Assembly (NCBI RefSeq): GCF_964355755.1 | Contig: NC_092674.1 | Coordinates: 10,540,001-10,604,000, forward strand | Direction: 5' to 3' | Source: Antedon mediterranea | Taxonomy: Eukaryota > Animalia > Echinodermata | Length of the DNA stretch: 64,000 bases | Part shown: piece by piece, positions 18,161 to 30,939 of the stretch | How the letters are laid out: every line of letters begins with the position of its first letter | Numbering within the stretch: position 1 is the stretch's first letter | The notes under the pieces: model-generated | Databases searched by the model: none | What the model was told of the DNA's origin: nothing | The model's input: only the letters and a program-made list of their open reading frames with translations | Translations under genes and position numbers: made by a program

Positions 18161-18737
18161 GTTGTTAAATGTAATTGCAAACACACATAATAAATGATTG
18201 TGATTAGAAATATTCTGTTTACTTCTTTTTATTTTAAACAGTACAGTAGATCTGTAATGTAAAGTTATATTTTATATATAATAAGTAATATTACAAAAAT
18301 AAACATACAAAATGTATAAAGCATAGATTTATTAAATTTAAATACAATTTCTTTATTTCAAAATGAATTTCATTTTCTACGTGTTTTCAATTTTAAATCT
18401 TTTAAGAAAGACACAATACGTACTGCTAAAAAAATAAAACGCACACAAAAGAAAACAAATTTGAGACGCACGATATGTAACGACGGTTTCAATAAAAAGG
18501 CATATTATAAATGTATTTTTACCAAATTTATAAAGTAAAGGGTTATTATTGAGAAATATACATTTTAGATAAATGATAACACATCTAAAATTAATTAGAG
18601 AGATCAATACAATATGGTGTTCATAATAATTTGTTTTGATGACTAGAGGAAACATCTGAAGACATTCAACAAAAAACAAGCGTTAACACCATACCAGTCA
18701 CTAAGAATGCTACTACTCTGAAAAAACATCTCCCTTC

Positions 18738-19244
18738 CTACACAGAAACAAATTCTGAACGAACATAGAAAATAAAAATAATTAGTAAACGAAACACGCG
18801 CATTATAAATAAAATGAATAATTTAAGAATATTTGTTAAAATACCCACGAACAAAAAAAAAAGAAACATACTAACCGATTCATCGTCATTACAAAGTTCA
18901 AATAACGAAAACTTTTCCTTGAAAAATCCACAAGAGACACGTTTTACATTTTCTAACTGCATTTCAGTGTCACATTGTTTCGCAACACATGTACATACAA
19001 CGAGTCCTGTCACAAGTCTGCCGAAATTTATTTTTTTATCGCTCATCATTTGTTCTAATACATAATACAGCGCTTCCGAAGAAATATCTTTACACAATTC
19101 TAACACATTAAAATTGTTTTCCAACTCTTTACAAGCACGAATAGTACTCTGGAGGATGGGTGAATCCAAAACAACTAAGCCCGTCAATTTATATTCAATG
19201 TATGCTAAAACTACTTCCTCTAAATCAACCGTAACGCTCGACAA
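18738..19244 (-). pseudogene. Bcl-2 family homolog (viral Bcl-2-like), intronless, no in-frame ATG
   Basis: BH4-like LEEVVLAYIEYKL, BH3-like TIRACKELENNF, BH1-like EQMMSDKKINFGRLVTGL (cf. NWGRIV) and a hydrophobic C-terminal anchor. BH2 is not recognisable and the ORF opens on TTG. Confidence 0.75.
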
Positions 19245-19894
19245 AACAAATGATAATGGATGTAATTACCAAGAAAGTTACAACTTAAAACATTTATTTT
19301 TGTTTTTAAAAAGAAGTTGTAACATAGAAACTAATTTTGTCAGGAAATGTGTTTTTATTATTTATGTGATGTATTTGTGTTTAGAAAGTTACAACATTAA
19401 CATTTACTTTTGTCAAAAAATGTGAATATACGGAGCCGAATGTAATTTTTAATCCTTAGTATAGTGAAGAGATTTTATAAACAAAAAAGAGCGAACGGAA
19501 ACTAATGATTGCAGATTAGCCATATAGAAATGGATTGAAATTGGAAATCCACATGATCAAAGAAAAGAAACCATCGTTCCGACAGAAGCTAATGACAATT
19601 ACAAAGGATGACACAGTTTGAATATAGTAATTACCGTAAAACATAATTAAATGTTGTCAAGATAGTTGTCAAAAATAAATAAAATATATTATACTGAATT
19701 TACTTTGTACATTTATTTAATTTAGGCCGTAATTAGGGTTGTTGTTCATTTATGATTGTGAAAAATGTACATACGAATAAAACAGCTATATATATAAAAA
19801 ATAAAATAATGATTCAGTGTTATAATTTTATTTACCTGTCATTATGTTAAATAAAACATATTCTAAATTAAATTTATATCATGTTAGATATATT

Positions 19895-20655
19895 TTCAAG
19901 AACATTTGTTACATAAAAATAAATTTGTAAAGAAATTTGTTACATAAGATAAATTTGTTAAGAAGTTTGTTTCATAAAAATATTTGTGTAGATAAATTTG
20001 TTACATGAAAATAAATTTTTAAAAATATTTGTTACATTAAAATAAATTTGTAAAGAAATTCGTTACATAAATTTATTTTTTACAAGAAGTTTGTAACAGA
20101 AAATTATTTTGCAAAGAATTAGTTGCATCAATTGATTTTATCAACCGTATGTAACATAAAGAATTATTTTGTTGAAAAAAATATTTTGTAATTCAGTCCA
20201 TTTGTTCAGTAGGCCTAGTTCGTTTACGTTTTTAAGTATTATGTGTAATATTCTTGTAAATAAGAGAATTTATTTTTAACCTTTGTAATTATTTTGTAAA
20301 TATCATTTATGCAATATTTTTGTGTGTAAATAATTGAATTTATTTATAGTTTTTGTATGGAAATATTAAATATCATTATTTGTTTATAAATTTAATTGTG
20401 ATTATAGATTTATTCTTTATAAGTATGTCGATTAATTTCAGAATCAAAAACTTGTTACATAAGAAACAAAAATTGTCATGAAATTCGTTAAATAAAAAAT
20501 ATTTTATCAAGAATCTTTTTACATAAATTTTATTTTATCATTAAATTTGTTACATAAAAATAATTTGTCAAGAATCTTTTTGCATAAAATTTATTTTGTC
20601 ATTACGTTTGTTACACAAAAAAAATAATTGTTTCATGAATCTTGTTACATTTAAA
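19895..20655. repeat. Two arrays of ~31-bp AT-rich tandem repeats (tttgttacataaaaataaatttgtaaagaaa-like)
   Basis: The ttgttacata core is repeated at ~31-bp spacing in 19895-20170 and 20450-20655, directly upstream of the ATPase remnant. Confidence 0.8.
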
Positions 20656-20708
20656 AAAAATTTTTTTTCAACTACTTATATGAAAATTCAAGTTAAGAAC
20701 GCAGTATA

Positions 20709-20890
20709 ATGACAATGACTGGGCGTTTAGTAACACCTTTCACCGCGGTGATTAGCGGACAGACTTCCTCCGGTAACTCGGTATTTGTTAACAATCTTTT
20801 AGAAAATAATTACTTTAAAAAAATAAAACAAGTCGTTTGATGATATGACATAGTGTTATGGCGAATATCAAACTTAGTTAGAGAAGTAAA
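20709..20890 (+). pseudogene. Maverick/Polinton DNA-packaging ATPase, N-terminal fragment
   Basis: MTMTGRLVTPFTAVISGQTSSGNSVFVNNLL...IKQVV*[13 bp]CYGEYQ shows the PFT...SG.T..GK(S/T) Walker A (K to N here) and the WCYGEYQ motif of Polinton ATPases. Confidence 0.82.
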
Positions 20891-21575
20891 TGCATAGCAT
20901 TAGTAATATATTGAAAAGACACTAATTCCCTCAAATAGTTAAATTTGCTGATGACATTCACACAAGTGACATAGGCACAATCCCTAACAATTATGAGAGC
21001 ACTTACAGGATTAACAATCACAATTTAATTAATTGGTGCAAGGAGTAATTATTACCCCATGATTGGTGTGATAGAAATTGTCTGAACATAAATGGCCATA
21101 GATAAAAATTGTCATAGAATACTAACACCGACATGGTGTATGCGAAAGCCAACCAAAGACTGTACATTTTTTATATACAAATTAACTGTGTAACTTTTAT
21201 TAAATATTAGGAGGCAAACATACATTAGGCAGTGATGCTAAAACCTTTGACCACTGGACTTATTGTAGTTTACCAAGGAATATATGATGTTGAGGATTCT
21301 CAACATATCGTCATTCACGTGAAGTTGTGCAACTAATTTCCATGACTTTTACAATTGCGCAACGTGACTCTTATTAAACTGTTAAACATTAAATGAATCT
21401 TCCAGAGAGGACAAACAAGTGAGATGTATTGGATAAGTTAAACAAAAGTTAAATAACACCAAGAGTAACTATTACTTATATCTAAAACATATCCGATGTA
21501 AAACTAATTACAATAGTGAAACAAGAACAATTACTTCTGCAAAAAGAAATCATATACATGTTTGTTTGATAAAGC

Positions 21576-21932
21576 TCTGGAATGAAATCCCAGATGATTT
21601 AAGGGTTCTAACAAAAAGCAAATTCAAAAAAGAAATGAAAACATACTATTTGTTTGTATAGTGATATTTATTTATTTTATAAGAGAATTATATTGTATAT
21701 ATTTGAGAGAAAGTGTATTTAAAAAAAAAAAAAAAATGTTTATGTATATTAATTTTATTTTAGACAAGTTGCCCTAATTTATTTATATAACTATTTATAC
21801 TTCAATGTTTAGGGGCTGAACTTGATTAGTTTTAACTATTTTTTAGCCCTTCCCTTGATATAATTATTATTATTTGTATTACAATGTTTATAATTTATAT
21901 TTATGGGTAAATAAAGAAAGAAAGAAAGAAAG
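21576..21932 (+). mobile_element. 3' end of a CR1/L2-group LINE (Crack-like)
   Basis: KLWNEIPDDLRVLTKSKFKKEMKTYYLFV*, followed by a 3'UTR and an aataaa(gaaa)n tail. Absent from the paralogous sites at ~1760 and ~38706. Confidence 0.75.
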
Positions 21933-22072
21933 GTTTGATTTTAAAAAGAATTTGCAGATTTAAGTTTAGAAGTTGGTTACAAAGAAATTGAACAGCAAGC
22001 ATATTATGTGAGGTACAAGTAATGGTATGTAGAGGCTGTATTCTAAATGTATGTACAGTTTTAATGAATGTA

Positions 22073-22264
22073 AAAGGTGAGTCCCGTGTTCTCTGAACGT
22101 AGGGGAATGAGCTGTTAGGAGCTCATTGTACTAAGCCTCGGCATTATGTGGTAGGGTGGCCAGTTCCTTTCCACGCCGCCTTTTTTCTCCCTAGTATTTT
22201 CAACCAGGTACTCATTTACAGCTGAGTGGACTGGGAGTTGTCGGGAATTGAACCCGGGTCTATC
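22073..22264 (-). mobile_element. 5'-truncated tRNA-derived SINE with a Deu/Nin-like central domain, 12-bp TSD
   Basis: The minus strand has a B box GGTTCAATTCC followed by GTCCACTCAGCTGTAAATGAGTACCTG. TSD ttaatgaatgta at 22061-22072 and 22265-22276. Confidence 0.8.
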
Positions 22265-22379
22265 TTAATGAATGTACATTATTATAAATGAAAATACAGT
22301 ATTTCTAGTGCAAGTAATGTACAGTGTTCTAAATGTATGCATAGTACTGTATTCTAAATGTATTTACAGTACAGTATTC

Positions 22380-22580
22380 TAAATTTCTTTAAATTCTTTC
22401 CCACAATGTTCACAATGCTTACATTTTCATAAGGTCTCTCCCGTGTGTATTCTCAAACGATTTTCAAATTGTTATTCGGTTAAATTTCTTTCCACAATGT
22501 TCACATTCAACTAAAGGTGTCTCTCCTGTATGTATTTTTAAGTGCATCTTTAAACTCTCACTTTGGTTAAATTTCTTTCT
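22380..22580 (-). pseudogene. Degenerate 3' zinc-finger remnant
   Basis: Matches 2020-2215 and is then joined by deletion to spacer sequence. Confidence 0.75.
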
Positions 22581-23664
22581 TTAAATTTTTTTGCTTTAAA
22601 TTATAGTTTTTTTTCAGGTACTATAAGTTTTGTCAGCTCAAATTTTTGGTCAAAGTGAATCCACTATTATGTGACATTAAAAGGGCATACGCCCTATTAT
22701 ATATAAAAAAAAGTATAGGCTAAAACATTATTTTTCAGGACAATATATCTTTAATACAAAAAATACATTATTATTATTTAAAGTTCATTTATTAAAACAA
22801 ACTTGTAGTGGCAGCAAAAGCTAAATTGTTACAATATTTATAAAATATATAAAATGAATTAAAAATATTAAAAATTATAACAAACATCAAAAACATATTT
22901 AAACATTAAGAATAACAAAAATTAAAAGCTGGTTTTCATTAGAATGTATAGTCAGCCTATTGCACGCAAGTTGTATAACATGAATGGAACATAAAAACGG
23001 TAACAAGAACATCATAGACATTGTATTCATACAAAAGTGACGGTAGTTCGCGGTTCAGCTGGGTTACATTTTCCTCATATTACACAACCTTTCATGCTGC
23101 AGGGTAAGTAAGATATAATGGCATGGGGTCAAGGGGTTATTTAATTTACTTGCAAAGTCATAGCATTAGCTTTGGCCGTCGTTAAGCCAGGGACATGGTA
23201 ATATATTGAAAAGACACTAATTATGTGCATGAATTAGCCAGTGGTGCTAAAACCTTTGACCGCTGGACTTATTGTAGTTTACCAAGGAATATACAATGTT
23301 GGGGATTCTCAACATATCGTCATTCACGTGAAGTTGTGCAACTAATTTTTATGACGTTTACAATTGCGCAACGTGACTCTTAAACCTTAAAAGAATCGGG
23401 TATATTCGACTTTACTTCCAGAGAGGACAAAACAAGTTAGACGCATTCGATTGAAACTATTATTATTACTATTAATAATACTTACTATTATTCTGTATAG
23501 GAAACTTACTAGCATATTATTAAATAAAACCAATAGTAACTATTACTTAATATCTATAACATATCATACATACTACGGTAACTAGTGAAAACAAGAACCA
23601 TTACTTCTGCAAAAAGAAAGCATATACAACATGTTGGTTTGATAAATGTGTACAGTACAGTATT

Positions 23665-24474
23665 CTAAATCTCTTCTGTGTGTACTCTCAAGTGCCTTTT
23701 CAAATTGCTATTCTGATTAAATTTCTTTCCACAATGTTCACATTCATATGGTGTCTCTCCTGTGTGTACTCTCAAATGCCTCTTCAAACTCCCACTTGTT
23801 CTGAATTTCTTTCCACAATGTTCACATTCATATGGTGTCTCTCCTGTGTGTATTCTCAAGTGCGCTTTCAAATGGCTATTCTGATTAAATTTCTTTCCAC
23901 AATGTGCACATTCAAAAGGTGTTTCTCCTGTATGTATTCTCAAATGCATCTTCAAATTCCCATTTTGTTTACATTTCTTTCCACAATGTTCACATTCATA
24001 TGGTGTCTCCTCTGTATGTACTCTCAAATGCACCTTCAAATTCCCTCTTTCTTTAAATTTCTTCCCGCAATGTTCACATTCATATGGTGTCTCTCCTGTG
24101 TGGATTCTCAGATGGTTTCTCAAATTCCCAATTTCTGGAAATTTCTTTTCACATTGTCCACATTCATAAGGTGTCACTTCCGTGTGTACTTTCAAGTGCG
24201 TTTTCAAATGGCTATTCTCTCCTGTGTCTATTCTCAAATGATCTTTCAAATGGCCACTTGTCTCTCCTGTGGGTGTTTTCAAATTCTTCCCGCAATTTTC
24301 ATTTTCGTTTGCTGGGTCTTCTTCTTTGTCTATTCTCACTAAATTTGTTTTAAAATCATCTTCACATAATCTTGTCTCGTTGTAGTTTTCACACTCTTTT
24401 GTATGTATTCCTAAATGCACCTTCAAATAAATTAACTCAAATTTATCTCCACAATGTTCACATTTGTATTCCAT
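23665..24474 (-). CDS. C2H2 zinc-finger protein, 269 aa, N-terminal block plus 6 canonical fingers
   Basis: Intact ORF ending HTEEI*, the same terminus as the 41702 paralogue. Confidence 0.85.
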   Translation of the reverse strand: MEYKCEHCGDKFELIYLKVHLGIHTKECENYNETRLCEDDFKTNLVRIDKEEDPANENENCGKNLKTPTGETSGHLKDHLRIDTGENSHLKTHLKVHTEVTPYECGQCEKKFPEIGNLRNHLRIHTGETPYECEHCGKKFKERGNLKVHLRVHTEETPYECEHCGKKCKQNGNLKMHLRIHTGETPFECAHCGKKFNQNSHLKAHLRIHTGETPYECEHCGKKFRTSGSLKRHLRVHTGETPYECEHCGKKFNQNSNLKRHLRVHTEEI

Positions 24475-24943
24475 GATGTTGGTTTTCGTTCAATCTTACA
24501 ATTGTAAAAACGTATAACTGCATTAACAGTATCTTTATTATTTTGTGTGAAGAGCTCAGTTATATACTGCAGTTTAACTGCTGGCTGGTTGTAAAGGCGG
24601 TAATCCTCCCGGGTCCGCAAAATGCAATCACTTCGCGGACGTGCGGCATTCCTTTGTATTTTTGGGGAGCGGAAAATTATAGTGTGACTACCTCTTTATG
24701 AGGCGTTCTAAAAATGTATTTCAAAAAGAAATATTATTTTCTTTTCCCAATTGTGCCCAATAATCCATGCCTCCGTCTTCTTTTAAGGAGTCCTTGTATT
24801 CTCGAAAAAGTAATGTAGGGGATAGGTAGGCTGACTGTAACAGTACTTCCTTGGTTGTTTGATAGGTACAATAAAAAAAAAAAAATACTCTAGTCTGATT
24901 GACAACGCAATGTTGTATTTTTGTTTAAAGGTTAATAAAAGAC

Positions 24944-25280
24944 GATCGATCAAGATAGGAAGCGTTTTCGAGATATAAACGATCAAAGTTCAAAATTGAC
25001 CAATTACAACAATGTATATGTAAATTTATTGAAGTACAATTTGGTTTTTTATTACATTTTTATGATTATAGGTATCTATTCAATCACCTTATGAAAAAAA
25101 ATCCCTTTGTGATTGAGGGTCAAATGTCAATATTGACCAATCATAGGCCTAAAAACTATTTAACAAAAATTGGATGTTTTCTCATTCTGTTAATCAATCA
25201 TATACGCAATGTAAAAGAGCGAATACATCATTTCATCAGTTGACATAAGGTAAATTTCATCAGTAGACATAAGGTCAAAT
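24944..25280. mobile_element. Truncated end of the 33815-36024 Academ-type family
   Basis: gatcaagataggaagcgttttcgagatata...gttgacataaggtcaaa is the inverse of ~35555-35920 and is part of a larger block duplicated at ~48215-49450. Confidence 0.75.
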
Positions 25281-26040
25281 CAATATAATTATAATACTGT
25301 AATTAATCAAATCAGATATAAAATGTTACCCTGACCTTAAATAAAATAAACGGTTAAAGCGCAACTTATAAAATTCACTTTGCAGAACATGGTTGCAGGC
25401 TTGCAATATTCATTTTGAGGCAATAAACTATATGATTTCATCTGCTTTGTTTATGAACAACAAATAGTACAACTAGTACGTCCAGAATATGTACATACCA
25501 ACCCCAGTAAATAGATAAATCCAGAACCCATGTACATGTAATGATTTTCTGGACTATTCAAACACCAGCCGGTGCACCAAAAGGGCATATTCTTGTATTG
25601 CTATCATTAAAATGATTCTTTTTTGCTACAGATTTCATAATAATAAGTTTAAATATAATAAATCCAACAAACAAGAGTCAACTTTACACAAGAAAATACT
25701 AATCTTATTAAATATAGGCCTATATATTTGTTGATGACAGTCTGTGTAAACAAAATGCTCTGTGAGCAGCGCATTCATTTATGTACAAAATCTAATTCAT
25801 ATTCCGGTGTGTTTGGTTTTTGTTTTCAAACTTCCCTGCTTCCACTCTCTTTAAATTTCTTCCCACAATATTGACATTCATTGGTGTCTCAACTCATCAT
25901 CTCAAGTGCGTTTTTTCCCACTTTTTTCTTATGCAGGTAGATACTGCAGTGCAACAATACTTTACGAAAGGGGGAAGAAATTCAGCCCTGTTTCTGATGG
26001 AAATAATAGGAAATAAAGAATTGGACGGCGCCGTCTTATA

Positions 26041-28959
26041 CAGCCAAGGCTGAGGAGGTTTTAAAGGGTGCTAAACTAACAACTTTAGCTGAAAGTGATA
26101 AATTAAAAATAGAAGGGAAACTCACATTTGAAGAAGTTAGTAAAGTCTTCAAACAAATGAAACATAACAAAAGTCCTGGCACAGATGGTTTTTCAGTAGA
26201 GTTTTTTAAAGTTTTTTTGAAAAGTCTGGGACAATTTGTTGTTAACTCATTAAATTATGCATTCGATACAGGTCATCTCTCAATTCAAACACAGGGTTTA
26301 ATAACACTATTACCTAAATCTGATAAACCACGTGAATTGATTCAAAACTGGAGACCTATTTCACTTCAATTCCTTTCAATTCAGATAATATTTATTTAGA
26401 TAATAATGAATGAATATATACAAAATAGAAAAAAGATATGAAAGTGAACATAGATAAAGCAGTAATTGGTAGTCATTATTATCATGGATCGCTTCTAGAA
26501 GTTAAAAACTTGTCTCGTAGGGACCCACAACAAAACACATTACTAAAAAAATAAAAATAAACCTAGAATATATAATTATATAATTTAGGATAAAAATAAC
26601 TAACATCTTCTTTATAAAAATTATTTAAATTATATTTCAATAAGTTCATATAAATGAAATAAATACCGATATTGGTAAATGAAAAAAATATGTATACATA
26701 AATTATAATTTATGTATATATAGTATATACTATATAAATGTTGTATATAAGATTGCCTCATCATGTATAGCCGAAAGAATAAAATGTGTTTTAAATCTTC
26801 TAATTAATGAGGACCAACAAGGTTTCATGAAGGGTAGATATATAGGTGAGTGTACTAGAACAATGTACGACATCCTAGTTTACACCAAATGACGTAATAT
26901 TCCTGGTCTTGTGTTAATTATTGATTTTGAAAAGGCTTTTGACACGGTTTCCCACACTTTTATGAAAAAAGTCCTTTTAAACTATAATTTTGGTGATGAT
27001 ATTTTAAGGTGGATTGACATTTTTTATAACGAATGTAAATCAAGTGTTCTTGTAAATGGTTACCCAACACCTTTTTTTAATATACAAAGAGGATGTCGTC
27101 AAGGTGACCCTCTTTCACCATATTTATTTATTTTATGTATTAAGGTGTTAGCACAATATATCAGATCAAATGAGTACATGAAAGGTTTTAATGTAGAAGG
27201 CACCGAGTTTAAAATCAGTATGTACGCTGACGATGCCACTATATACATTGATGGCTCAGAAAATAGTATGCTAGAAGCATTTAAAGAGTTAGATAGTTTT
27301 TACAACATATCTGGTTAAAGGTTAACTACCAACAAAAATGTGCTATGTGGATTGGGAGCAAAACGCATTGTAAAGAAAGAATTTGTAAAGAAAAAGATTT
27401 CCATTGGCCAGATGATGGACACTTTAACCTTCTTGGCATCATGTATTGTGTTGACTACACTCAAATGCCAGAACTAAATTATATTAAATGTATGACATCT
27501 ATACCAAAATCACTAGCCCAATGGTCAAAAAGATATCTCACGCCTCTTGGAAGGCTTACTATTGTAAAATCTCTAATTATTCCAAAAATAAATCACATAA
27601 TTCTAACCATACCAAACCCCAATACAAATTTTGTTGCAAAGCTCAATACATTACTTTTTTAATTTATTTGGAAATCTAGTGAGAAAATAAGTAGAAAACA
27701 AATTTGTAAAGATCACAGTCAAGGCGGTTTTAATATGGTTCGAATAGAAGATTTTTTTCAGTCCTTAAAGTTAACTTGGATCCGGAGATACATGTTTTCT
27801 TCGGGTAAATGGAAATCTCTTTCTAATTTTTTTGTTCATCTTATGAGTGGTATAATATCGGGAAAAAGTGTTTTTTTAACTTCTGAAAGGAATGCCTTTT
27901 GGAATGATGTTGTAACTGCTTGGAATAATCTGAATCAAAGTAATTACCCAGAAACAATTATAGATATCCCAAGAATATTTTTGTAGGGAAATAATGAAAT
28001 AAAAGTTGCCAATAGGCCAGTGTTTTTTAAAAACTGGTATGAAAGGGGAATAGTTTATATTAACGATGTATTACGTTCAGAAAAAAAATCTTTTATGTCA
28101 TGGGACCATTTCAAAAAAACATTATAATATTCAATGTCATTTTTTACAGTACCAAGGTATAATTAATTCAATAAAACATAGTTACAATATAAATAATTTT
28201 GACTAAACTGCAAACACCAATAATTCCTTTTCATTTAGATATTTTTATTAAAAATCCAACAGGGTGTAAAGCTTTTTACAACAAATTTAAAGAAAATGTT
28301 TTTGTCAGACCGAAAAGTATGAGAAAATGGGAAGAAAAAATTAATGCCAATAAAACAGATGAGGAACTGAAAGAAATGTACAAACTTCCTTTTAAATGTG
28401 TCAGACAAACAAACCTACAATGGTTCCAATATAGAATAAATAATAGAATAATTGCAACAAATGTTTTTTTGACAAGAATTGGTATTCGACAAAATGAAGC
28501 ATGTACTTTCTGTGAAAATGTACCGGAAACACTTCCTCATCTGTTTGTAAGCTGCAAATATGTAAGACCACTATGGTCAAATATAGAACACAAAATTAGT
28601 ATTTCCTTTAAAAAAATAACTTTTACAATTGATTCAATTTTGTTTGGAGATATTTCACAATGTTTTTCTGTTATTACAATTATTATTCGTACAAAGTATT
28701 TAATTTATAAATGTAGAATTGGTAAAACTCTGTCAAGTATTAAGGCTCTAAATATTTATATACGAAATTATTTAATGATGTTAAGGTATATTGCAAGGCA
28801 AAATGGAGAATCAAATGATTTTGAGAAACAATGGGTAGACTTTATTAATTTATTGTAATATTAATCTTTTTTACTGCTGGTATAGACACGTCTTTTTGTT
28901 TATTTTGTCCTTTTTTTATTTTTTTTCTCTGTGTGAAATATGAATAATAAAAAAAAAAA
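26041..28959 (+). mobile_element. 5'-truncated, decayed Tx1/L1-like LINE (ORF2 RT plus C-terminal zinc knuckle)
   Basis: Motifs KSPGTDGFSVEFF, NWRPISL, DFEKAFD, RGCRQGDPLSPYLF, MYADD and CTFCENVPETLPHLFVSC. Several stops and frameshifts; poly(A) at ~28949-28959. An unrelated ~370-bp insertion at ~26367-26735 splits RPISL/NVVYKI. Confidence 0.92.
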
Positions 28960-28976
28960 TAATAATAATTATCTAT

Positions 28977-29143
28977 AACTTACGAGTTAATATGAGTATA
29001 GCGAGGCATTTAACGAATAGGTTTTCGAGAAACAATCCTCATCAGAAGAAGAAAGAAAACAACGCCTAGCAGTTTGCATATTCGTTAAATGCCTCGCTAT
29101 ACTCATATTAACTCGTAAGTTCGGTGGAAGCATTCATGATTTT
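28977..29143. mobile_element. Small insertion with a perfect 43-bp inverted repeat, possibly a Penelope-like end
   Basis: 28977-29019 is the exact inverse of 29079-29121. The insertion is flanked by direct tctataact (28972-28980, 29144-29152). The loop has CTGATGA...GAAA on the minus strand. Confidence 0.55.
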
Positions 29144-29369
29144 TCTATAACTCAATTTAATTAGTAAACAGGCTTAATACATCGGCTGGTTAAAATCAGT
29201 ACCGAATGTACGAACCAAATTTACTATCGAGTAAACGCGATTTACCGATATTTGCCCTTACGTAAAATTTATAATATAGATTCGTACATTTCAATGTAGG
29301 CGTACATGATATACAAAATAACTTATTATAAAACTTGGTTTACAAAATATATTTCTTGGTAATAGTGAA

Positions 29370-29808
<439 letters not shown>

Positions 29809-30939
29809 TGCTAGCTGGTTTTAAGGGCCGCTAATCCTCTCGGGTCCGCAAAATGCGATCCACTTTGCGGACGTGCGAAACGTTACTTTGTATTTTTGGG
29901 GAGGGGAAAATATAGCGTGCTTATCTCGCCCAGTTATGACGATAATTCTAAAAATTTAGAATTTGCACCTCAAAAAGAAATTTCCCAATTGTGCCCAATA
30001 ATTCATGCCTCGGTTTTTTTTAAGGAGTCCTTGTATAGGCCTACTCGAAAAAGTAATGTAGGGGATAGATACGTACTTGGTTGTAACATACAATACTTCC
30101 TTGGATGTTTGATAGGTACAATAAGAAATACTCTAGTCCGATTGACACCGCAAAATTGTATTTTTGTTCGAAGATTAATAAAAAAGAATTTGAATACGTC
30201 TACGTTATTAGAAAAAAAACTGTTAAAAAAACTTGTATTGATTAGGAGGCAAACAATGTGCATACATTAGCCAGTGGTGCTAAAACTTATAACCACTGGA
30301 CTTATCGTAGTTTAGCAAGGAATATATGATGCTTAGGATTCTCAACATATCGTCATTCAAGTGAAGTACATTCAATGTACAGTAATTTCAACATCAGCTG
30401 ACAAGAATATAGGCAACTTACAAGCATATTAAATTGTATTGCACACTAATTATGTCCCATTAATTACGTAAGGGATAGGACATATTATCGTAATTTACCA
30501 AGGAATGATGTTGAGGACTCTCAACATATCATCATCCACGTGAAGTTGTGCAGCTAACATTTTCATTCTAAATCTTACAGTGTTCTAATATTTAAAGTAT
30601 TCTAAATGTATGTACACAGTTTTAATGAATGTACATTATTATAAATGAATATACAGTGTTTCTAGTGCTAGTATATACAGAATTCTAAATGTATGCATAG
30701 TATGGTATTCTTTAATGTAATTTAAAGTACAGTATTCTAAATCTCTTTAAATTTCTTCCCACATTGCTTACATTTTCATAAGGTCTCTCCTGTGTGTATT
30801 CTCAAATGCATTTTCAAATTGTTAGCCTATTCGGTTAAATGGCTTCCCACAATGTTCACATTCATAAGGTGTCTCTGCTGTGTTTACTTTCAAATGCATC
30901 TTTAAATTCCCACTTTGGTTAAATTTCTTTCCACAATGT

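Larger units (their letters stand above)
6907..20892 (+). mobile_element. Decayed, internally deleted Maverick/Polinton (adintovirus-like) element with nested insertions
   Basis: Begins with AG-rich AGTAGAGAG at the ZNF breakpoint. Contains an integrase N-terminus (17061) and a packaging ATPase N-terminus (20709). Host unit sequence resumes at ~20893 (catagcattagtaatatattg, cf. 1055). No right TIR, polB or capsid gene seen. Confidence 0.72.

Noticed and set aside
19114-19425. Plus-strand ORFs overlapping the Bcl-2-like frame
   Set aside because: They are antisense with no motifs; the minus-strand frame carries the BH-like signatures.
22230-22264. tRNA gene suggested by the B box GGTTCAATTCC
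   Set aside because: There is no A box or cloverleaf. It is the truncated head of a SINE with a TSD.
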